Virus record (IMG/VR): IMGVR_UViG_3300017694_000009
Location: 1 to 40,255 of that record
DNA length: 40,255 bases
Reading direction: 5' to 3' (one strand)
From: a virus
Shown: piece after piece, positions 23,954 to 32,029 of the stretch
Layout of the letters: each line of letters starts with the position of its first letter
How positions within the stretch are numbered: position 1 is the first letter of the stretch
Translations under genes and position numbers: made by a program
The notes under the pieces: generated by a model
The model's database searches: none
What the model saw: only the letters and a program-made list of their open reading frames with translations
Told to the model about the DNA's origin: nothing

Positions 23954-23975
23954 CCTAGTTTTAGCAAAAACTAGG
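23954..23975. terminator. 9-bp AU-rich hairpin at the convergence point of the two arms (cctagtttt-agca-aaaactagg)
   Basis: Read directly. No clean U-tract on either strand. Confidence 0.35.
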
Positions 23976-24005
23976 TAAAACTACCTAAATCTAACTAAAC
24001 TAGCT
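23966..24005. repeat. Four tandem, degenerate 10-bp A-tract units (AAAAACTAGG TAAAACTACC TAAATCTAAC TAAACTAGCT)
   Basis: Read directly. Helical phasing suggests intrinsically bent DNA. This is the AT-richest spot I saw in the window. Confidence 0.7.
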
Positions 24006-24245
24006 AGACTTAGGAATGGGACAATTCCCGTCCAATACCGCCAGCGCCGTTACCGCAGCTTCACGGCTCAACGACAGCGCTGGCGGCACAGGGCGGCCCG
24101 AAGCAATATACGTGTCTGCCGCCATGATAGCGCTGGTATAGACCGAGCGGCGCAATTCGGAGCCCCGGCATATATCCAGGTTGGTGGGAACGGTAGCGCA
24201 GCCGCCAAGTGCAGCCATCGCTCCAGTCACGAGCATCTTCTTCAT
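24000..24245 (-). CDS. Lipoprotein (81 aa; lipobox LGGC). Candidate o-spanin or exclusion lipoprotein.
   Basis: MKKMLVTGAMAALGGC signal/lipobox. Last gene of the lysis cassette, overlapping the endolysin stop. Confidence 0.6.
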   Translation of the reverse strand: MKKMLVTGAMAALGGCATVPTNLDICRGSELRRSVYTSAIMAADTYIASGRPVPPALSLSREAAVTALAVLDGNCPIPKSS

Positions 24246-24913
24246 GTCAGCACTCCCAAAAGCTTCTTGCGAAGCGCATTGACGTGATCGAGGCCAATCG
24301 AACCACCGTTGGTGATCTTACGCGCCCTGTCTGTGTCACTCGCATCGATAGCGGCCCACACCTTGTTCTCTCGATAGAAATCAAGCGCAATCAGCAGCGA
24401 CAAGGCAGGCACGGCGGCAAGATCTGGGTTCGTATCCAGACCCAAACCCAAGCGTCTATCTGTCGCTTCGTAATTCGCGCGCCCCGTAAGTTGTAGCATG
24501 CCACGGCCTCGGAAGATCCAGCCCTCTTCCAGCGTCTTGTTCCCCATCCGATCGCCATAAGCACGCTGTGCAATCAGTTCGGGCTTGTAGGCATATTGCC
24601 CAGCGCTCGCCAAGGTGAAGCGCGAAGGCCACACCCGCACCAGCGCAGCGGCGCTATAATTCAGATTTTCCACGAACGTTGTGTATCCACCCGTCTCATT
24701 CGCTGTCTGCGCCAACAGGTCCGCCAAGCGTTGCGGGCTATCCGTCGCTCCATATTCTGGCAAATGAACGATACAGGCGTTTGCCAAGGAGGCGATAATG
24801 TCCGCCTTGGCAGTCGGCGCCACCACCTTCAACAGCGTGCCAAACGTATCGCGGCCAGCGATACCATCCTGCGTAAGGCCAAGTTTCTTTTGAACCAATC
24901 GCCAGTCGATCAT
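24242..24913 (-). CDS. Endolysin, glycoside hydrolase family 19 with N-terminal peptidoglycan-binding-like segment
   Basis: LGLTQDGIAGRDTF, then QTANETGGY...E..NY...FRGRGMLQLTGRANY. Confidence 0.75.
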   Translation of the reverse strand: MIDWRLVQKKLGLTQDGIAGRDTFGTLLKVVAPTAKADIIASLANACIVHLPEYGATDSPQRLADLLAQTANETGGYTTFVENLNYSAAALVRVWPSRFTLASAGQYAYKPELIAQRAYGDRMGNKTLEEGWIFRGRGMLQLTGRANYEATDRRLGLGLDTNPDLAAVPALSLLIALDFYRENKVWAAIDASDTDRARKITNGGSIGLDHVNALRKKLLGVLT

Positions 24914-25236
24914 GGTTTCTGCCTTCCCCGCAGATAGTCTGCCGCAATGACATTCTGCGCAGCATTGGCATGCTTATGCCGCCAGTGGCGAACGAGCCGG
25001 CCGCCAATATACAAGGTGATCCCAACAGCAAACAAACTGGACGACCATCCCTCGAATGGCGTTGTGTACCGCATCTCTACGATACGCGCCACGTTCAGGA
25101 ACATGCTGGCGCCCACAAGGCCCATGCCCAATCTTTCGGAAAGGATGAGACGATCACCGAACGAAAGCAGTTCGTAAATTATCAGCACAGCGCCAATAAA
25201 ATTGAGCGGAGCGTTAAGATAGTCCCAAGTGGTCAT
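24910..25236 (-). CDS. Holin-like membrane protein (108 aa, about 3 TM)
   Basis: Hydrophobic segments read in the translation. Coupled to the endolysin (ATGA). Confidence 0.5.
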   Translation of the reverse strand: MTTWDYLNAPLNFIGAVLIIYELLSFGDRLILSERLGMGLVGASMFLNVARIVEMRYTTPFEGWSSSLFAVGITLYIGGRLVRHWRHKHANAAQNVIAADYLRGRQKP

Positions 25237-25553
25237 TTGTCGTCTCCGTCAACGCCCAACCACCGCGTTAGTATCGCTCTGCTTTTGTCGATCATCATCG
25301 GGATAAGCACGTTGGAACCTGCGGCCACAAGGTAGGTAAATCCAGCCATAATGCGGGCGTTGTCTGGTGATGGAGTAATGAACCTTTCAACGATCAGAGG
25401 TGTCACGAACCAGGCAAAAGACGCACCAACAAAAAGGCCAAGCACGACCTCCTTGCGGTTCATCACTTGCCATTTCTTATAAGACAACGCAGTGATAGCG
25501 CCTGCAATTGACGCCATCGCTGCATACATCTCTCTTGTCCAAGGACTATCCAC
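25233..25553 (-). CDS. Holin-like membrane protein (106 aa, about 3 TM)
   Basis: MYAAMASIAGAITAL, VVLGLFVGASFAWFVTPLIV, IMAGFTYLVAAGSNVLIPMMI. Confidence 0.5.
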   Translation of the reverse strand: MDSPWTREMYAAMASIAGAITALSYKKWQVMNRKEVVLGLFVGASFAWFVTPLIVERFITPSPDNARIMAGFTYLVAAGSNVLIPMMIDKSRAILTRWLGVDGDDK

Positions 25554-25555
25554 CG

Positions 25556-25957
25556 TTACGCCGATTCAAAGGCGCAAACACGGCGACCACGACGAAAAGC
25601 AAGATCGTGCCAGCGAGTGCGAAGATACCGTCCCATTCCACAGCCACCACTCCATCCGGCAGCGGTTAGCTGCGTGACAAATAGCGCATTAAGCGCGCGC
25701 ACGTACATTTCGTAACCAAGGGCGCCCTTGACTGTATGCAAATACAGCATGGATAGATAGCATGATAATACCACCACTTTGGACGTGGATGGGGCATTTC
25801 GCTGCATTATCGCCACCAAGACCATGCTGCCAAAATCCAATGCAGACAAAGCGGAGACATGGTCGGTCCAATAGGACATCTGTGAAGACAGCCATCCCGC
25901 CGCTAGCAGCCATGCCAGTGCCGGCTCATCGGCCAACACCAGCATAACGGCTACCAT
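25556..25957 (-). CDS. Multi-pass membrane protein (133 aa)
   Basis: ORF track. Several hydrophobic stretches. Part of the lysis region. Confidence 0.5.
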   Translation of the reverse strand: MVAVMLVLADEPALAWLLAAGWLSSQMSYWTDHVSALSALDFGSMVLVAIMQRNAPSTSKVVVLSCYLSMLYLHTVKGALGYEMYVRALNALFVTQLTAAGWSGGCGMGRYLRTRWHDLAFRRGRRVCAFESA

Positions 25958-25983
25958 CAGCCCATAGATGATGGTTTCAGAGA

Positions 25984-26085
25984 TTACTTTCCACCTTTGG
26001 GAGGCGGGGTGGTCGGGATGCCCCCACTGCGCTGCACCGGAAACGGCGTCTGCGAAGGCTTCGGCGCTGGCGGCTTATTGCTCAC
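25984..26085 (-). CDS. Pro-rich 33-aa peptide (VSNKPPAPKPSQTPFPVQRSGGIPTTPPPKGGK)
   Basis: Hand translation. GTG start with SD AAGGAGG. GTGA overlap with the upstream ORF. Confidence 0.35.
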   Translation of the reverse strand: MSNKPPAPKPSQTPFPVQRSGGIPTTPPPKGGK

Positions 26086-26237
26086 TTCAACATTCCTCCT
26101 TGAATCAGCATCAGGATCGCTTTGACACTATCCTGGTCATCGGCCTGACCCTGCCTTACGAGATTGGCAAGTCCAGTTCGCCCCTCTCCCTGTAGCATGT
26201 CTGCCGCAAGCGTACGAGCCTTGGAAATGTTGCTCAT
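26082..26237 (-). CDS. Hypothetical 51-aa protein
   Basis: Hand translation MSNISKARTLAADMLQGEGRTGLANLVRQGQADDQDSVKAILMLIQGGMLK. SD AGGAG 8 nt upstream. Confidence 0.45.
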   Translation of the reverse strand: MSNISKARTLAADMLQGEGRTGLANLVRQGQADDQDSVKAILMLIQGGMLK

Positions 26238-26248
26238 CCATCAAACTC

Positions 26249-27856
26249 CTAATTGGTCAGCCAACGGCGTACATCACCTTCCTTCACCGCATTCCCGGAA
26301 AGATCAGTGATCGGCTGCTGGTGCAGATTGATCTTTGTCACGGGAGACAGGTAGATATCCGCCCCCGTGTAGTATCGCATAAGCCCCGTTCCTGTCATGG
26401 ACACAGTGGCGTTGCTGGCGTTGGACACGCCGGCAGTTCCCATGCGTTCATATCGGTGCACGCCAACGGTGACAGATGAACCGTTTGCTTCCGGGTTGAG
26501 ATAGAGGCCGATACTGCCGGCCAAAGCAACACCGCCACCCGTGACCAGATCCTCTCCCTGCGCCGTCATGGTGGCGAAAGACGCGATAGCGCCCGGAGCA
26601 TCCACGACCACGCCGTATTGCGATGCGTCGCTGTAGAGGTTCGTCACCTTAATATCGGTGGGAGGGCCCACCTCCTCCAGCCGCGTCAGGTGAAGCGTGG
26701 AATAGCCGGCAAAGCTGAATAGGCTTTCGATGTGGATGCCATCAGCACGCCCAACCTCCAGCACCACCAGATTCTTCACCTGGTAATCCAGCACCTTCTT
26801 GTTGCCGGTGACGAACGGCCACTGATGGATCTTGTCGATCGTCACAAGGTCGAGCGATCGATCGATCCGGATGCCCATGGTAAACCACTGCCCGCGCATT
26901 CGCCCTATCGTCAGGCGCCCCGCCAACGAATTGTCCAGCACCTTGTTGATGCCAAGCGCCATGACATCGCCAATTTCCAACCCGCCAAGCGAGCCGCGGT
27001 TACTGATAAGGAAATCGTAAGGAGTTGGCATCCACGCCCCGCTGCCCACTGTGGGGTGGTCCTGCGTGAACATGATGCGATCAATTCTTGCGCCGCGTGC
27101 ATTCGGATTATTTACAGAGATGCCCGGACGACCAAGGCAATTAACCTTGATAAACGTGCCACGGACCTGTTCACCGAAGCCAGTGGCAGGCGACTGAGCA
27201 TTGGTTACACCACTTTCGGTAAACCCTTGACCGATAAGCTGAACTGCCGAAGGCAGAACGAGCGTGGCGGCGCTCATATTGTAACCGCGCGCATTAAACT
27301 GCACCGCGGCAAGGCTTCGCGATGCGCAATAATCCACGGCGCGCTGAATAGCCGCCGTATCGTCCGCGTCACCCGTGCGCGTGAACGCGTCAGGATTAGC
27401 GAATGCCCCCATCATTTCGAACCACTGGCCGCCTACCTGGATCTTGCCAGAGTGCGCGGGTTCGGTTGCAACGGCACGATAGGCCGCGTCTCCAAAGTCT
27501 CCCGCAACAGCCTTGCCGGAGATGTCGAGCATAGCGGTATTGGCTGGGAGAATGAGGGCTGGTGCAGCGTCGTAGGTCGTCACCACCGAGGATCGACGTG
27601 CGCTTAGCCGTTTCCAACGACCTGCCTGCAAATGCGTGAGAGAAGAAGGGCGAATGACATCGGCGCCGTCGTCCGCAGTCAGCGAACCGGCCACCCAGAC
27701 ATACGTGCCGCCAATGCCATCCCCTACAGACACGCCGCCAAGCACGGTAATTTCTTCGGGGCGTCCTGCATAAAGCCGTAGGGCGGCAAGCGTATCGACG
27801 GTATCACCCTCGCACGACGGAAAAATAATCTCGACAGGATTGCAGGCAGTCGCCAT
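26249..27856 (-). CDS. Tailspike / depolymerase-like protein (pectate-lyase-3-type beta-helix)
   Basis: 535 aa. GDADDTAAIQRAVDYC motif, typical of Pectate_lyase_3 tailspikes. Confidence 0.6.
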   Translation of the reverse strand: MATACNPVEIIFPSCEGDTVDTLAALRLYAGRPEEITVLGGVSVGDGIGGTYVWVAGSLTADDGADVIRPSSLTHLQAGRWKRLSARRSSVVTTYDAAPALILPANTAMLDISGKAVAGDFGDAAYRAVATEPAHSGKIQVGGQWFEMMGAFANPDAFTRTGDADDTAAIQRAVDYCASRSLAAVQFNARGYNMSAATLVLPSAVQLIGQGFTESGVTNAQSPATGFGEQVRGTFIKVNCLGRPGISVNNPNARGARIDRIMFTQDHPTVGSGAWMPTPYDFLISNRGSLGGLEIGDVMALGINKVLDNSLAGRLTIGRMRGQWFTMGIRIDRSLDLVTIDKIHQWPFVTGNKKVLDYQVKNLVVLEVGRADGIHIESLFSFAGYSTLHLTRLEEVGPPTDIKVTNLYSDASQYGVVVDAPGAIASFATMTAQGEDLVTGGGVALAGSIGLYLNPEANGSSVTVGVHRYERMGTAGVSNASNATVSMTGTGLMRYYTGADIYLSPVTKINLHQQPITDLSGNAVKEGDVRRWLTN

Positions 27857-27878
27857 CAGATATTTTCCCTATGCGGAC

Positions 27879-27892
27879 GGTATTCTGATACC
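27879..27892. repeat. Copy B of the hairpin motif GGTAT-TCTG-ATACC
   Basis: 22 nt upstream of the tailspike ATG at 27856, followed by CATAGGG (SD-like). Confidence 0.8.
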
Positions 27893-27940
27893 ATATCGTT
27901 CATGCGTCGTATAGTGATCGTCGCCATTCTTTGGCAGTGG

Positions 27941-30586
27941 CTACCGTTCATCACGGGGTTCGCCTGCAACTGCCGCGCCTGACCCCATCGCCTGTTGTAG
28001 CCGCTGCTGGATGCCGAGGATGTCGTTGGCGATGGCTGGTTCGCGCGTGGCAATTGTGGACAGTCGGCGCACGGCTTGCGCCGCTTGCTGCGGCGTGCTG
28101 ACAGGACGTGCTAGCCACTGCGCGAAGCGGGGAGAGGCCAGAAGGCGGCCTGCGCCGTAGTTGGCCAAGCCGGCAAAAATAAAAGAAGGTTGCAGATAGG
28201 CCAAGGCGCTTCCTGCAAAGAGCGCATTAACCGCATTTGCACCGCCAGTGTTGGAGCGATTGGCGTACTGCCCAGCGGCGCGTGAGCCTTCCGCCACGCG
28301 CGCTAGATCGTCTAGCGCAGCACGCGATTGACCCGGAAGTAACGACGCTTTGGCACGGGGCGTCATCCTGTTCCACTGTGTCAGGAATGAGTTGAGAGAG
28401 AAGGCATCGCCAGCGGCATTCTGCCCGCCGTCAGTAGCCCGCCCCAACTGGCTGATGACAGTGGCGCTTACCGAGGCGCGCTCATCGTCGGGCAGCGTGT
28501 CGAGAAACCGGCGCAGCCTGCCGCTGTCAGACCGCGAAGCGGACTGGATGTTCTGGTAGATCTGCTCAGGCGCAAGCGCCTTGTCACCACGCCCACCGAT
28601 GATTGGCTTTAGAACCTGATCGATCGTTTCGGCGCGCTCACGATAGGCGGCATCGGCTACGCGGAAAGCGCGCCGCGCCTGCGGGTTGAGCCCTTCCGAA
28701 AGGTCCTGCGAAACAGCATCCAACACCTGACCCGCACGCCGCTCAAAATCAGTTGCGCGCAATTCGTCCGTCTGCGCCAGACCACGAACATTGGTACGAA
28801 GACGGCGTAGCGCATCAACCGACACGCCACCTTCGGCCCCAAGATCATTCTGAAGGCGCGTCAGCGCATTGATAACGGGCGCGCTGGTATCGGGTGTCTC
28901 CGCCAGTTCAGTAATGTTGTCCTGAATCGTCTGAAGAGCACGGGGCGCCTCAACATTGCCACGATCGCTTAGTCGACGTGCACGATCATACAACCGCCCT
29001 GTCTGCTGGCGGCTGTTGGCAATATACGACTGCGCGCCAGCCTGCGCCGCTTCACCAGCGGCAACAGGCTCGACGGCATTCCCCACGTCGGCCGCAATGC
29101 GGTCACGTGCGGTACGTGCCTGGTTGACGACACGTTCGCCGGCTCGATTGATGGAGCCGCCGGAGATAGGCGACTGCGCGAGGCCGGCGGTAACACGGCG
29201 GGTGAGAGGGCCGCCTACGTCTGCGGCGAGGGGTTCAATCCCCTGCCGTGTCGCGGCCTCATAAACTTCCTGCCCAGGCGTAGGAGGACGAGGCCCACCA
29301 CCTCCCCGACCAAGGCGGGACGCTGCGGCGCCAAATCCTGCACCCCCGGCGGCACCGATGCCGGCACTGACAAGGGCGTTGAGCCCGCGGTCTGCCAACC
29401 CACCATCAGACGAGCCTGCACCATATGCACCTCCATAAATCGCGCCAGTGCGCGCGAGATTAGCGATCGTGGGAGCCCCGCCGATGACGGGCAGAGGCAA
29501 GCCGCCGATAAGCTGGCCGGCAAAGCGGGCCGCGCCTTGGTTTTCGGCGTCATTGGCAAGGACCGACCGATTAGCGTCCAGATTGGCATTGTAAGAATCG
29601 CCAAAACCGCCCGGTGCCAGCCGTCCACCGAAGGCGTCGCCCACGGTATCGACAAGCGCCCCGGCCTCATCCAGAAATCCCGCCGTCAGCGTGTCGGCAG
29701 CGCCACGAACGCCAGCGCCCAAGGCACCGTCCGGGTTGGCGGCAGAAACAGGAGCCCGGCGCACCGTTGTGTTGGCGTTTATGCCGGCGCCCTTATCGCG
29801 CGCGGACACAACCTCATCGGCGTTGGCGATGTCGTAACCAATGCCCTTGAGATACGACACGATAGCGGCAGGATCGCCCGTCTGGGCAATGCGCTGGTAT
29901 TCAGCATTCTGTTCGGGCGTAAGCTGGCGTACAGACGCAGCAGGGTCGTTGCTGGCGCCTGCGATGTCTACGGCTTGGGCGGGGGCCTGCACCGCCCCTT
30001 GGGCAGTAGTTTCGTCGCCCAGCCACCCTGCGGCGGCCAGAGCTTTGTCGATATCGCCGGATGCAGATCCAGCCTTAACGCGAGCGGCCTCAACGACGGT
30101 GCGTAGACGCTGCTGTTTATCCCTGATAGCGCCTTCATCATCTCCAAGGACGGGAAAGTAGGCCTTGCGATAACCCTCTAGCTGCTCCTTTGTATAGGCC
30201 GCTCCAGTCCCAAGAGTCAGCGCGCTATCAAGCGCTTCCAATTGCGCAGCCTCAACCCGCTGGCGGCTTCCGGGCGTGATAATGTTCTGGGCCGTATCTC
30301 CGAATATCTTACCCACTGCGTTAGGCAGATACCCCGGCTCCAACCCGGCGGGGTCATTCTTGCGAACTTCACCGATCGTGTTGAGGGCGCCCGCAAGCCG
30401 CGTCGTCAGGAATGCAGCGTTACGTTCACTTTCGGTTCCCGCGGCGCCATCCTTCGGCGCCAACCCTTGCGCACGATACGTGTTCAACTCCTGCTGATGC
30501 TCGGGCTTGATCCGCCCGGCAATCTCCAACTCGATCAGCTTGGCGATGCGCGGGTTCGTGACTGTCTTTGCAGGGTTCAGCGCCAT
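27941..30586 (-). CDS. Large internal virion / DNA-ejection protein (putative)
   Basis: 881-aa Ala/Gly-rich ORF in the position of P22-type ejection proteins. No enzymatic motif recognised. Confidence 0.45.
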   Translation of the reverse strand: MALNPAKTVTNPRIAKLIELEIAGRIKPEHQQELNTYRAQGLAPKDGAAGTESERNAAFLTTRLAGALNTIGEVRKNDPAGLEPGYLPNAVGKIFGDTAQNIITPGSRQRVEAAQLEALDSALTLGTGAAYTKEQLEGYRKAYFPVLGDDEGAIRDKQQRLRTVVEAARVKAGSASGDIDKALAAAGWLGDETTAQGAVQAPAQAVDIAGASNDPAASVRQLTPEQNAEYQRIAQTGDPAAIVSYLKGIGYDIANADEVVSARDKGAGINANTTVRRAPVSAANPDGALGAGVRGAADTLTAGFLDEAGALVDTVGDAFGGRLAPGGFGDSYNANLDANRSVLANDAENQGAARFAGQLIGGLPLPVIGGAPTIANLARTGAIYGGAYGAGSSDGGLADRGLNALVSAGIGAAGGAGFGAAASRLGRGGGGPRPPTPGQEVYEAATRQGIEPLAADVGGPLTRRVTAGLAQSPISGGSINRAGERVVNQARTARDRIAADVGNAVEPVAAGEAAQAGAQSYIANSRQQTGRLYDRARRLSDRGNVEAPRALQTIQDNITELAETPDTSAPVINALTRLQNDLGAEGGVSVDALRRLRTNVRGLAQTDELRATDFERRAGQVLDAVSQDLSEGLNPQARRAFRVADAAYRERAETIDQVLKPIIGGRGDKALAPEQIYQNIQSASRSDSGRLRRFLDTLPDDERASVSATVISQLGRATDGGQNAAGDAFSLNSFLTQWNRMTPRAKASLLPGQSRAALDDLARVAEGSRAAGQYANRSNTGGANAVNALFAGSALAYLQPSFIFAGLANYGAGRLLASPRFAQWLARPVSTPQQAAQAVRRLSTIATREPAIANDILGIQQRLQQAMGSGAAVAGEPRDER

Positions 30587-30589
30587 GCG

Positions 30590-31297
30590 TCAGTAATCCA
30601 GATCAGAGAGGTCGGTGCGGATGCCGCCAGAAGCGGCCAAGGCAGCCCGGTCTTTGTCACGTTCACGGAAGCGCACCCGCCCCTCGCCACGCGCCTCGCG
30701 GGCAAGGCCAAGACGCGCGTTGCTGGTCGCGATCCCATTATTCGCCACGCGGTCGGCACGAGCGTCGTCACGTTCACGCGCCGCCTGATCCGCCTGGAAC
30801 TTCTCGCGCGCCAACTGCGCTTTTAGCCGCTCCTCAGCAGACAAGGCCTGCATGGTGGCGGACTGCACCCATTGCGGGTCAAACTGGTCGGGAACCCCCG
30901 TCAGATCCAGACCGAGAGCCTGCGCCCGTCCGCGATTGGCAGCGTATGTAGCTGGATCGGTGGACGACGACAGAAGTGCGGTGGTAGCTTGCGCCCGTTT
31001 TAGCTGGCTATCAAGCGTATCCTGCTGCGCCTTCACCCGACTCTGGTCGAACGCCATGGCGCCTGATACATCGCCGCCAGCAAGGTACGCGCCGCGTGCG
31101 GCAACGGGATCAACAGCGCCCGTCTGCGGATCATAGGCCGCGATCAACCCCTGCTGTGTCGTCTCGCGGCGATTATCATCGCGGATCGCACGCTGCGCCT
31201 TGAGGTCATTAAGCCGCTGCGTCTGCGCCTGTCCGTAGGTTTGCAGCACCTGAAGGCCATCAAAGCCTTCACCGGCAAGTCCAAAATTGATTGCCAA
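30590..31297 (-). CDS. Internal virion / ejection protein (putative, 235 aa)
   Basis: TTG start with strong SD AGGAGG 5 nt upstream. Charged, coiled composition. Confidence 0.45.
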   Translation of the reverse strand: MAINFGLAGEGFDGLQVLQTYGQAQTQRLNDLKAQRAIRDDNRRETTQQGLIAAYDPQTGAVDPVAARGAYLAGGDVSGAMAFDQSRVKAQQDTLDSQLKRAQATTALLSSSTDPATYAANRGRAQALGLDLTGVPDQFDPQWVQSATMQALSAEERLKAQLAREKFQADQAARERDDARADRVANNGIATSNARLGLAREARGEGRVRFRERDKDRAALAASGGIRTDLSDLDY

Positions 31298-31306
31298 GAT
31301 ATCCTC

Positions 31307-32029
31307 CTACCAACCAATATAACCGCCGCCGTATCCGGGCGACGATCGGGGGGGGGGGATCAGGCCGCCATACCCTCCGCCCGCGCCACCGCCGCCATAG
31401 CTGGACCCTAGCGCCGAGCCGCCCGCATTCGTAACGCCCTGAAGCGCCTTCTGCCATGCCGCCGCAGAAATAAGCGCGGCATTACCTGAAGCATCTGCTG
31501 CCGTCTGGTTGGCCTGATTGATGCCGGCAGTGGTATTGGTCGCCACCCCGGCTACATTACCCGACGCCTGCCGACCCTGGTTCATCAACACATTGAGATT
31601 GCCGAGATACCCTTGCGCGGACTGATCCGCGATACTGGATCCTCGCGTCTGCAACGCCTTCAGCGTGGCGCCGCTATCGCCCATGCCGCGGGCATAAGCA
31701 TTGCTGTTGACCGCTTTCAGGCCGGTGTTGAGGATGTCCTGATAGCCTGTACTGCCGCGGAACGTATCAAGCGCCTGCGCAGACTTCGCAGGATCGCCGC
31801 CCACTCCAAGCAGCCCCGAATAAACATCCCCAGCCGCGTTGCCACGATCAATCGTAGGGGCTTCAAGACCGTAGATGTAATTGCGGTTAGCCTCCAGAGC
31901 GGCAATCTGCTGCTGCGAAGTCTGCGCCTGGATCTTGGCGGCCTTTTTGGCTCCCTTGCCGCCGGTGATGCCGCCAAGCAAAGAGCCTGCTGCGCTGATG
32001 CCGGCCGCTGCTACAAGAGGTGCTACCAC
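31307..32029 (-). CDS. Internal virion / ejection protein (putative, 240 aa) with Gly-rich C-terminus
   Basis: N-terminal hydrophobic VAPLVAAAGISAAGSLLGGITGG. C-terminus GGGGAGGGYGGLIPPPRSSPGYGGGYIGW. Confidence 0.45.
   Translation of the reverse strand: MVAPLVAAAGISAAGSLLGGITGGKGAKKAAKIQAQTSQQQIAALEANRNYIYGLEAPTIDRGNAAGDVYSGLLGVGGDPAKSAQALDTFRGSTGYQDILNTGLKAVNSNAYARGMGDSGATLKALQTRGSSIADQSAQGYLGNLNVLMNQGRQASGNVAGVATNTTAGINQANQTAADASGNAALISAAAWQKALQGVTNAGGSALGSSYGGGGAGGGYGGLIPPPRSSPGYGGGYIGW
31348..31358. repeat. 11-nt G homopolymer (C11 on the coding strand) inside the 31307..32029 CDS
   Basis: Counted base by base. Encodes I-PPP-R. Confidence 0.9.

Noticed and set aside
23924-23974. A 16-codon ORF (MIATVLLVVAPSFSKN) ATGA-coupled to the last plus-arm gene.
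   Set aside because: It is too short, and it runs into the convergence hairpin. It cannot be told apart from chance read-through without experimental data.
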